Source: a virus (Duplodnaviria; Caudoviricetes). From it: a stretch of 25,574 bases of DNA. Below are positions 1 to 9,000 of this stretch, piece after piece. A model generated the notes under the pieces. The model was not told the DNA's origin, made no database searches, and was given only the letters and a program-made list of their open reading frames with translations. The position numbers and the translations under genes were made by a program. The stretch's first letter is position 1, and each line of letters opens with the position of its first letter. The stretch lies in IMG/VR virus record IMGVR_UViG_3300025626_000119, positions 1 to 25,574 of that record; one strand, given 5' to 3'.

Positions 1-69
1 GTCGCGCGACAATGTCATAGCAGTCGCACCCAAGACCCAATTGATAACACAAGTTTCCCCTCTGTAATC

Positions 70-306
70 CCTAGCATCGACCCTGAGTGTCTCCCTCCAG
101 TCACGGTTGATGCTAGGTGGTTACTTTAGTTACACACTGGTACAGAAGTTACCCTGGTTGACCCAGGTAATTACTGCACCAGTTATGTCTAGTCACAACA
201 TAGACAACCAAGGACCAGGACCAGGCAATCTATGTCGATCTAAGGTCCTTTGGTCGCCATGAATACCAAGAGAACCATAGTCACTGTTGATGCCTTAGAT
301 GGCATT
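70..306. other. Array of consecutive stem-loops (candidate structured ncRNA or origin/packaging-associated element)
   Basis: Inverted repeats read directly: 70-82/105-117 (13 bp, one G.T); 137-183 (~20 bp imperfect); 186-191/201-206; 207-216/244-254; 289-294/301-306. No ORF of 60 aa or more in this span. Confidence 0.5.
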
Positions 307-310
307 CTGT

Positions 311-390
311 GGATGCTGTGGTTGACTGTGGCTGACTGTGGTTGACTAAGGTTGACTAAGGTTGACTAAGGTTGACTAAGGTTGACTAAG
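311..390 (+). repeat. Tandem 10-bp repeat array (GTTGACTAAG x5 plus degenerate copies)
   Basis: 341-390 is five perfect GTTGACTAAG; 321-330 GTTGACTGTG, 331-340 GCTGACTGTG and 311-320 GGATGCTGTG are progressively degenerate. Confidence 0.95.
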
Positions 391-709
391 GACGTGGTCC
401 CGATTTGTAGACAAAAATCCAGGGGTCAATCCAATAAATTTCTGAAGATAGCCAAATGTCGGTAATGTCGGACAGTGAATCACCCAGGATAGCAGTCGAT
501 AACATATCCTCTGCTGTAAGAAACCTAGGAACCACGGGGCCTACAGCGATTGACGATAGAAATCTGGGACTCCTGCCCTGGAATCTGGCCCCCATGGGTC
601 TAATGTCAATGTCGATTCAAAAAGACCGCTAAACCCCCGACTTGTTGTTGTTGTTGTCTGACCTTTGTAACGAGAGTCCACCCACGAAACCAAGGACCCT
701 AGTCCACCC

Positions 710-856
710 ATGAAAATCATTATTACCGAAGACTACCTAAAACACGGTTTCTTTCACGTCTTACCTGAGTTTGAACTCACGTTTACCCGTCCTGAGAATG
801 AACTAATGAGTATCCGCATTAGCTGGCTCAATGGGTCCCTCTGGATCGAGAAGTAA
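710..856 (+). CDS. Small hypothetical protein (48 aa, MKIIITEDYLKHGFF...SLWIEK)
   Basis: Translated by hand (absent from the supplied ORF track): ATG 710, TAA 854-856, AAGGA upstream at 692-696, co-oriented with and 21 nt before the structural operon. Confidence 0.45.
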   Translation: MKIIITEDYLKHGFFHVLPEFELTFTRPENELMSIRISWLNGSLWIEK

Positions 857-877
857 CCCCCACACAGGAACACCCCC

Positions 878-1354
878 ATGCCCATAGAACCCAATGTCCA
901 GTACATAGATGACCTGGTACCTGCGAACCCACCTGCGACAGACCCCCTGTCCCAGGTCGATGACCATCTCAAGTTGATCAAGCTGGCAGTCCAACAGTCG
1001 TTCCCAGGTATCACTGGGGCCATGACTGCTACCCATACGGTCCTCAATGGACTCGATGGCAGGGTCACAGCATTGGAGGGCAGTGTCGCCATAGAAAACA
1101 ATAGCGGCACCCCCGTCCTCGGCACAGGTATTACCACGGCTGAAATCAGGAACTTAATAGGTGTTGGCAGTGTGCAGGCTGTGTCCTTTGGAAACCTATC
1201 AACCCCCCAGGTAACGATAGGCCCTTGGAAAATCACAGAGTCTGGTAACTCCCTGTACTTTAAGTATGGAAACAGCAGCGTCAACAAAGTACGCATAGAT
1301 TCCAATGGTGACATCCGAACAGTAGGCGATGTAATAGCAGCAGCGAGTATTTAA
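878..1354 (+). CDS. Virion structural protein, short tail fibre/needle-like (158 aa)
   Basis: N-terminal YIDDLVPANP...DDHLKLIK motif resembles podovirus fibre/needle anchors; beta-rich C-terminus (WKITESGNSLYFKY...RIDSNGD); AGGA RBS. Confidence 0.6.
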   Translation: MPIEPNVQYIDDLVPANPPATDPLSQVDDHLKLIKLAVQQSFPGITGAMTATHTVLNGLDGRVTALEGSVAIENNSGTPVLGTGITTAEIRNLIGVGSVQAVSFGNLSTPQVTIGPWKITESGNSLYFKYGNSSVNKVRIDSNGDIRTVGDVIAAASI

Positions 1355-1357
1355 TAT

Positions 1358-2968
1358 ATGGGACAAATTCTACCTCTACGTAAACTTTCCGACGTAGGAG
1401 TAGTCACTGACCAGAGTCCCAGCAGTCTACCCCCTACGGCATTCACTAGGGCCAAGAACGTCCGGTTTGACGAGGGTGCTGTTGTAAGGTCCCCAGTCTT
1501 TCGCAGAGTAAAAGACATCCCTAGCAACTTCAGTACCAGGCACGTATTTGGTATCGAAGCAGCCAGCGGTTACAACACTGTGCTGTTAGTGTCGGATACC
1601 TTCGTACTCAGTGAGTATGCCAACGGTACCCTTAGTGACCGCAGCGGCTCTATCTCGGCTATGTCTGCATCCGATGCTGCCTACACAGGAACATCCCTGG
1701 CTGACGTAATCTATGTCAACCGTGAGGACCGTGTGCCTGTCTTCCGCACTGCCGGTGGTACTAACTTTGCTGATCTAACCAACTGGAACTCAGGTTGGAG
1801 AGCAGGCTCCCTTCGGTCCTATGGCGACTTTATGATTGCCATGAACCTGTCCGAGGGTGGCACTGATTACCCCAGCAGAGTAAGGTTTTCTAACCTGGTG
1901 TTGTCTGGCCAGGCCCCTGATTCTTGGGATGCAGCGGATACCACAAAGTCGGCAGGCTTCATTGACCTGGTCGATCTCAAGACCCCCATCATCGATGGTT
2001 TCCCTTTAGGTAAAAACTTTATTATCTACAGTGCCGACCAGGTTTACCTGATGGAGTTTGTCGGTGGCACCTTCATTATGAATACCCGCAAGCTATTCTC
2101 GGATGCAGGGATCATCAACCAAAACTGTGCCGTCGAAGTAGAGAACCAACACTTCGTCTTTAGCGAGAATGACATCTATGTTCACAACGGTGGCTCACGT
2201 CAATCTATCGTAGATGAACGTGTCAGGAACTACATATTCAATGGCATGGACACAGCGGCCTACCGTAAGTTTTTTGTACAGCACAACCCCGACCTCAACG
2301 AAATCTATTTTTGCTATAAGTCGGGTGATGACATGGCCGTGTTTACCGATGGTGAGCGATGCAACCGTGCCGCAGTATTCAACTACAGAAACAGTACCTG
2401 GTCCTTCGTGGATATGCCCAATGTGGCCTCCGGTACTATTGCCAATGTTCAGTCTAGTGCGACCTACGCAACAACTGCACTGACCTTTGATACTGCCGGT
2501 GGTAGCTACCAGAGCCAGTCTAGTGGTTTTGATTACCACACTTTGTTTGTCGGTGACTCTGTCGGTGCAATAACTGAAAACGGCCTCTACGGTTTAGACA
2601 ATGCAGACACCGGTACCCTAAGTTTCCCCATGGATACCAATGCAACCAGGCCAGCGTTCCTTGAGCGTGTCGGTATTGACCTGGACGAAATGTCTCAACT
2701 GTCTGGCTACAAGATAATCAACAAGCTATACCCTCAGATTGAGACCCCCAGCTCAGACAAAGTTTTTAACTTTTCTATGGGTGGTGCCAACCTTTTATCC
2801 GCTGCCCCTACCTACGAAACCACAGTATCTTTTGACTCGTCGGTAGACTACAAGATCGACTCCAGGGCATCAGGCCGGTACCTGTCCTACAAGGTAGATA
2901 TCCCTGTAGCTAAAGACTTTAGTTTCACTGGTTTTGATTTGGACGTGTCGATCACTGGGAGAAGATAA
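1358..2968 (+). CDS. Tail nozzle / head-stabilisation protein (P22 gp10 / T7 gp12-like, 536 aa)
   Basis: Size, beta-propeller-like composition, N-terminal GVVTD...NVRF pattern, and position before the ejection proteins. Confidence 0.65.
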   Translation: MGQILPLRKLSDVGVVTDQSPSSLPPTAFTRAKNVRFDEGAVVRSPVFRRVKDIPSNFSTRHVFGIEAASGYNTVLLVSDTFVLSEYANGTLSDRSGSISAMSASDAAYTGTSLADVIYVNREDRVPVFRTAGGTNFADLTNWNSGWRAGSLRSYGDFMIAMNLSEGGTDYPSRVRFSNLVLSGQAPDSWDAADTTKSAGFIDLVDLKTPIIDGFPLGKNFIIYSADQVYLMEFVGGTFIMNTRKLFSDAGIINQNCAVEVENQHFVFSENDIYVHNGGSRQSIVDERVRNYIFNGMDTAAYRKFFVQHNPDLNEIYFCYKSGDDMAVFTDGERCNRAAVFNYRNSTWSFVDMPNVASGTIANVQSSATYATTALTFDTAGGSYQSQSSGFDYHTLFVGDSVGAITENGLYGLDNADTGTLSFPMDTNATRPAFLERVGIDLDEMSQLSGYKIINKLYPQIETPSSDKVFNFSMGGANLLSAAPTYETTVSFDSSVDYKIDSRASGRYLSYKVDIPVAKDFSFTGFDLDVSITGRR

Positions 2969-3247
2969 ATGCCCATCAACAGAAACACCGACCTAATCCT
3001 TAACAGGTACACAAGGTCCAGCGTACCCGACGATACCGATGACCTCCCCAGGTACCTCACAGAGGAACTACAGCGGCTTGAGAGTATCGTCAGGGACATG
3101 GGCGATGCTGCTGTACAGGCTACGGACAACCCCCCGCCCATCCCAAAGAAGGGCATGGTCCGGTTCAGTATCCTCCCCTGGAATCCCTTGGGCAACAACG
3201 CCCAGCAGCTGGTCGTCTACAACGGCACGGCCTGGGTGGCGGTATGA
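2969..3247 (+). CDS. Small virion-associated hypothetical protein (92 aa)
   Basis: Abuts upstream stop (TAA-ATG) and overlaps downstream start (ATGA); YLTEELQRLE...VVYNGTAW pattern seen after podovirus nozzle genes. Confidence 0.7.
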   Translation: MPINRNTDLILNRYTRSSVPDDTDDLPRYLTEELQRLESIVRDMGDAAVQATDNPPPIPKKGMVRFSILPWNPLGNNAQQLVVYNGTAWVAV

Positions 3248-3726
3248 ATATAGACAAGTCACTAAAGGCAGCAGTAACCCACCTAGAGAATTCCCTGGAA
3301 CAGGCTATTGAATCTGGAGAAGCTGAGTGCGCTATTGACCAAAGTAGTCTGCGTCACTTTTTCACTGAATCTATAGATGAATATGGCTGCGGAACTTATA
3401 CCAGGGAACTCACCGTGCCAAAGGGCCTAGTGTTTGTCGGTAAATTACATCGGCATTCTCATGTGGCCTTTTTACTAGAAGGCGAAATGCTAGTTGTATC
3501 CGCGACTGGCAAAGAGAGAATAAAGGCCCCGCACACATGGGTGTCTCCCGTAGGAGCAAAGAGAGCATTCTACGCACTAGAGAAATCAATACTTTCAACA
3601 GTGCATATCACGAAACACTTAACAACAGATGAGATAGATAAAGTAGAGGACGAGCTAATTGCTCCGTCATATGAATCTATGGGTCTTGAAGAGCCCGATC
3701 TAAGTCTTATATTGGAGAAAACCTAA
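3244..3726 (+). CDS. Cupin-fold hypothetical protein (160 aa)
   Basis: GTYTRELTVPKG...GKLHRHSHVAFLLEG has a His-rich cupin-like motif; translationally coupled on both sides. Confidence 0.6.
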   Translation: MNIDKSLKAAVTHLENSLEQAIESGEAECAIDQSSLRHFFTESIDEYGCGTYTRELTVPKGLVFVGKLHRHSHVAFLLEGEMLVVSATGKERIKAPHTWVSPVGAKRAFYALEKSILSTVHITKHLTTDEIDKVEDELIAPSYESMGLEEPDLSLILEKT

Positions 3727-4700
3727 TGTCTTTTATTAAAGTTGGTCTTGCTATAGGCGGGGCCGTTTTAGGCAGTTCCGCAAGTAGGAGCGCAGCTAAG
3801 TCTGCATCCGCAGCCCAAGACAGGGCAACAGAGGCCAGTGCAGAAGCATTCCGCTTTAGTAAACCCTACATTAAGCGATCATACGACGCTTCCCAAGGTT
3901 TTAACCAGGACGTTTTAAACACCGGCAACTATCAGGGTCAGACACTCGCCAACACTCCCTGGCAGCTGGTTCAGGGTAACCAAAAGATCGCTGGGATGGG
4001 CAAGAAGTTGATGCCTATGGCCTTCGGCATGGCTAACACTGGATCTGCTTTTGCAAATAACTACGGTGACCTTTTTGCACAGTCTCAGGAAGACCGAATG
4101 GGTACTGCCCAGCAGTATGCCCTGGACAATAGTCAGCCACTAATAAATGCAGCAATGCGCGATGACTATAGAAATCTTACTGAGCAAACTTTGCCTGGCA
4201 TAAACATGGGCGCGTCAGGCAGCGGCAACATGAACTCTTCGAGAGCGGGTATTGCGGATGCGGTTGCTAACCGCGCCTTCGATGACCGAAAGGCCGATGT
4301 CTCTGCAAACATCCAGAACCAGTTAATGAATCAAAGTCTGGGACAGCAGAACACTCAGTTTAACCAGGCAATGAACGCCAACGATGGTCTATCAGATGCC
4401 TTTAAGCAGGGTATCAATGCAGCAGGCACAGGTGGCGACTGGATGACTGGGGCTGGCCAAAACTTGATGAACCTTGATCAGCAGCAACTCAATGATCTTA
4501 AAGCCAGGTTCGAGGCTGAACGAGACTTTGCATTTAACCAGCAACAAAAGTTTCAGCAGGGCACATTGAACAATGCCGTCTATACAAATCCCACGGTGGC
4601 TCCAAACTTGTACAACCCGTCCATGGCTGGTTTCGGTGGTGCGATGCAGGGGGCAGGGACGATGCTAGACATGTTTAAAACTTTTAAAGAAATAGGTTAA
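3726..4700 (+). CDS. Putative internal virion/DNA ejection protein (324 aa)
   Basis: Gly/Ala-rich hydrophobic N-terminus, Gln/Asn/Ala-rich helical body, Gly-rich C-terminus; first of three proteins of increasing size. Confidence 0.6.
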   Translation: MSFIKVGLAIGGAVLGSSASRSAAKSASAAQDRATEASAEAFRFSKPYIKRSYDASQGFNQDVLNTGNYQGQTLANTPWQLVQGNQKIAGMGKKLMPMAFGMANTGSAFANNYGDLFAQSQEDRMGTAQQYALDNSQPLINAAMRDDYRNLTEQTLPGINMGASGSGNMNSSRAGIADAVANRAFDDRKADVSANIQNQLMNQSLGQQNTQFNQAMNANDGLSDAFKQGINAAGTGGDWMTGAGQNLMNLDQQQLNDLKARFEAERDFAFNQQQKFQQGTLNNAVYTNPTVAPNLYNPSMAGFGGAMQGAGTMLDMFKTFKEIG

Positions 4701-4715
4701 AGGATAAGTACAGAT

Positions 4716-5987
4716 ATGGCCTACCAATACGTCAATACTAATACCCGACCAATCCTAAATGATGATCCCTATAAAAGAAATCAGCAGGGCATTTTGAACG
4801 CGCAGGTCGGTTGGGAAACCATGAAACTTATGCCCCATGACGCTCGTATGGCTGCCTACAAGCAGCACCCCAACATGAGTATGCAGCAAATTGCACAAAT
4901 GAGGGCACAGCAGTCTTTACAGCCTCAGCAACAAATGCAGCCTATGAACTCTGGAGTACCCCCTCTCCTGGCGCGTCCAAGGACCGCACAGGACGTACCG
5001 TCGATGGGCACAGGTGGGCCTCTTACTAGATCAGCAATGGATGCAGCAGCACCTGTTACTCAGCGGCCTGCGCTATCTGCCAACGGCCAGCAAAACTTTG
5101 TAATGCAACAGCAGCCTGTTCTGTCTATAGGGGCTAATGCACCTCAAGGTCCTTACCAGCAGGGCCAGGGAGCAATCCTAAATAACCCAGGCAATGCTGC
5201 CCCAAGTGGACCTCCCGTAGAGACTCCCCCAGAAGCTACAAGTGTAGAAACCGGTAAACGAAGAGATGGTACCCAGGTCGGCCAGGCTAACCCAGGCAAA
5301 GACTACTCTCGACTAGCGGAACGTCTCATTCGTATGGGTGGAGCTATGAATGCAAATGCTCACCTGGGCGGCAATGCAATGCTTGGAGCTATGGCTGACC
5401 AGCAGGGCATGATAATCAACGAAGAAGAAGCCCAGCGTAATGCTGAAGCTGATCGCCAACTGTCAGCGGCCTCGGCTTACCAGGATGCGATCCTGGAGCA
5501 GCAGGACCTTCTGAATGGCATGAGTGACCAGGATAGAAAACTTGAGGATGCGTTCAACAAGTTTAATACCTTCGGTAACAATGTGACGGGTGTCTTTGAC
5601 TCGACTGCAAAATCATTCTGGGACAATCTCCCGTTTGGTGATCCCAAGCGAGAAGCGTTCCGAACTGAACTCAAGGCCATCATGGTCGACGAAACTCTTT
5701 TGCGAACTGCTAATACCAAGGGTGCTATCTCTGATAAAGAAATGCAACTATTCCAATCTGCTGTTCCAAGCATGAACCAGTCAGAGGAAGTCTGGAAAGC
5801 ATGGATCACAGCACGTCGAGAAAACATAGCCGTAATCAGAAACAGACTGGCCAACGGAATCACTGTGTCCCGTGATGCTGATATTGGATTCAAAAATAAA
5901 TATGAAGCGCCAACGACATCTTCTGTCCAGCCCCAGGGCGGTACTCAACCTACCCAAGCCGACGATGACGCATTGTTTGATTTCTAA
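4716..5987 (+). CDS. Putative internal virion/ejection protein (423 aa)
   Basis: Low-complexity Q/P-rich N-half, helical C-half with KGAISDKEM motif; AAGGA RBS; synteny. Confidence 0.6.
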   Translation: MAYQYVNTNTRPILNDDPYKRNQQGILNAQVGWETMKLMPHDARMAAYKQHPNMSMQQIAQMRAQQSLQPQQQMQPMNSGVPPLLARPRTAQDVPSMGTGGPLTRSAMDAAAPVTQRPALSANGQQNFVMQQQPVLSIGANAPQGPYQQGQGAILNNPGNAAPSGPPVETPPEATSVETGKRRDGTQVGQANPGKDYSRLAERLIRMGGAMNANAHLGGNAMLGAMADQQGMIINEEEAQRNAEADRQLSAASAYQDAILEQQDLLNGMSDQDRKLEDAFNKFNTFGNNVTGVFDSTAKSFWDNLPFGDPKREAFRTELKAIMVDETLLRTANTKGAISDKEMQLFQSAVPSMNQSEEVWKAWITARRENIAVIRNRLANGITVSRDADIGFKNKYEAPTTSSVQPQGGTQPTQADDDALFDF

Positions 5988-6005
5988 AAAATAGGTTCCC
6001 CTGAT

Positions 6006-9000
6006 ATGACGCAAAGAACACCTGATGAGTTTAAAGCTGCCTACGAACATCACAAGAACGCAGGCGACACACAGAAAGCAGCAAGGGTAGCGCAGCTTTA
6101 TCGTCAGTCATTAGCGCAGCAGCAACCTCAGCAGCAACCTCAGCAGCAACAGCCAGCAGGTTCCCAGGTACCGCAGGGCCAGAGAGATAATGCATTTGAG
6201 TATGGTTTGGACCAGGCACAAAGCCTGTATGGCGGCCTTGTAGAAACTGTCGGTAAGAAAGTTGGAAGCCAGGGGATGATGCAGTACGGACAAAACGTGC
6301 AGGAGCAGCAAGAAAAAGACATGGCCAAAGGCGGCTACCAGTTCCAGTATGACTCTTTTGGCGATGCTATCGATAAAGGTGGTCTTGGCGGGTTTGCCTC
6401 TCACGGGGGTTCTGTTGTAGCAGCTGGGCTTCCCACTACTGGTGCAACTTTAGTAGGAGGTGGTGCAACTGCTCTAGCTGCGTTTTATGGTGCCCCTGCT
6501 TGGGCAGTCGCAGCATTAGGTGGGGCTACGACAGCCGGAGGTATTGGCCTCGGAATAGGTGAAAATGCCCTCGAACAAAAAGAAAAAACAGGTAAGCTCA
6601 ACCCAGATGTTGCTATTGGTGTCGGTGTTATTAGCGGTCTGCTTGATCGGATAGGTGTCCGTAAAGTATTTAGCATGAAGGACCTGGAGAAAATGACTAC
6701 CCAGGAAATCGCAGACAAGCTACGCAAAAAGGGCATGGGATCGAAGGCCGCAGAATTCCTGAAAGGTATGGGAGCCGAGGCAATCACAGAGACTGCCCAG
6801 GAAGGCACCAATATCGCTGCAACGTCAGCTTTAGGCGGTGAGTACACAGGACAGGAAGTAGAACAACGTCTTACCGATGCAGGCATCACAGGCGGCCTGA
6901 TGGCTGGCACTATAAAAACCGGCACAGGCACTGTAAAAGCAGCAACTAACCTGGTCACAGGCGGCAGCCCAAGCTCAAATATGTCGGACCAAGAGTCCCA
7001 GGCAGCTGCAAGTTACGCACAGCGTCTTATAAAGAAAGCAGAAGCCAACGGGTATGACCTACGCGACATTGATACAAGCTCAGACAAAGGAGCAAGGAAA
7101 GCAGTAGATAGCACTCATGTCGATATGTCTGTAAGCCTTCGCCAGCTGTTTGATGATCTCAAGCCGATACTGGACATTAAAGATACTGACAGCCTGGACG
7201 CAGTAGCAGAAAAAGTATTAGCAAAAGTTGCCTACCGAAAAGCAAATAACAAAACTAAAAACACAGTCGAACAAGAAGATTTTGCGGCAGTAGAAAAACT
7301 TGCAGGCAACACGCAGGAAGGGCGACGTGCGATCAACCTAATGCACGAACTAAATCAGATGACTACCATTCACAATGGTGGTTACAAAGGCGGTGTATCT
7401 CAGTACACCGATCAGCTGGCCCCATTAGGGTTGGGTGGCGAAGGTTACGACCGTGGCAAAGCAATCTCAGAGCGTCTACTGCGTCCCCTGGTAACTGCCC
7501 AGGCATTTGCAAGTACAGGCGGTTCCTCTTTGTTGGGTCAGTTAGGTGCAATGGGCACCGGACGAGCTATCGACAAAGTTACTGGTAGACGATCAACTGT
7601 TGACAGGTTTGCACGTAAATACGGTAAGCAACCAGGTCAGCCTGCACCTACTGGTCCAAGTGTACGCGAAGAAAATATTGCGGATATCGGTGAGCAGGAA
7701 CGCCTGGCAGCAGAAGAAGCTGCACGACAAGAACAAATGGCAGCAGAGCAACGTGATGCCAACCTGGCCCGTGTCGACGCAGGCGCACCTCCACAGTTCG
7801 GTAGCCCCGAAGACATCATGCGTGATGGCACTGGCCTAGATCGTGCAGAAATTGCTCAGGTCCTTAGAATACTAAAGGCTAACCCGAATACACTGCCTGC
7901 TGTTAGACGCGCCATTGATGCCTACGAGCAAGGTATCGCAGTCGGTGGCGAGATGGACTTTTCGCTGATTAGAGACATCAACGCATTCGTCGACGCTAAC
8001 CCAAATTATGTACAGCGTAATAGGCAACCAAATGTACAACGTGCAGCTGCAACTGCCCAGGCAGGAGCGCAGCAGAACCTAACCCAGCGAGACCAAAACT
8101 ATCAGCGTGGGATCGAGAACAACCTGGCATTCGTCAAGCAACTCCAGGATCAGCTGAACGATGACAAGTCTGTACGTCCTATAGAGAAAGCCAAGCTACT
8201 TGATACATTAAACAGCATGCAGTTTGACCTGGGTGCTGACCCAATCGCTGCACTAAAGGCTCACGCAGAGCGTCTATATGATGGCGGTGTTAGCCAGGAT
8301 GCACTACAGCAGTATTTCCTACCTTACATGGAGCGAGTACAGCAGCAGCAACAGGCAGCGCAGAGAAAGAGAGAGGCCGACCTAAGCGATTCAGAAACTA
8401 TTGCGTCTGCTCAGGATGCTATGGATGACGCACGTATTGTTCCTGTCCCTTTCAATAACCAAGGGATGCAAAATGCATTCGGTGTTAACTCTCCTACCGA
8501 GGGCGGTAACTATATCGACCTAGATAGCAGAGAGGACCTTACAGGCAACACATATGCATTAGGTTCCGTAAAGATAATCGACGGTAAGCCACTACTAGAA
8601 ACAAATGATGCCCCTGCTGCTCCAGCTACAAGGGACAGTGGAAACAAAGTAAAGGTAAACCTGTTTAAGAAAAAAGCTGGGTGGTCCTGGGTCGACTATG
8701 ACGGCCCTGATACGATTGTATCCACAGAGCAAGGTGGTAAGCACCACTACAGTCTGAATACAGATTTCCAAACTCCGGTTACATTGCAGACTTACCCTAA
8801 ACAACCTTCGGAACCTCGTCTACGTCCTACTAGCCAGGGAAAAGTTGTCCTGGGGAATAAGATTGGCAGCATATCTGTACGTGGAAAACTGCACCCTGTT
8901 TATGACCAGGTGACTATCCAGGACAAACGTGCAGATCGCCAACAGTTCAACGATGACCGATCCCCTCAGCCAGTCGGTGAGACTGTAGCGCAGCGTAAGC

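Noticed and set aside
1-10. Perfect palindrome GTCGCGCGAC
   Set aside because: Short, at the window edge, and without context to evaluate.
311-390. CRISPR array
   Set aside because: 10-bp units are directly adjacent with no unique spacers, and no cas genes are present.
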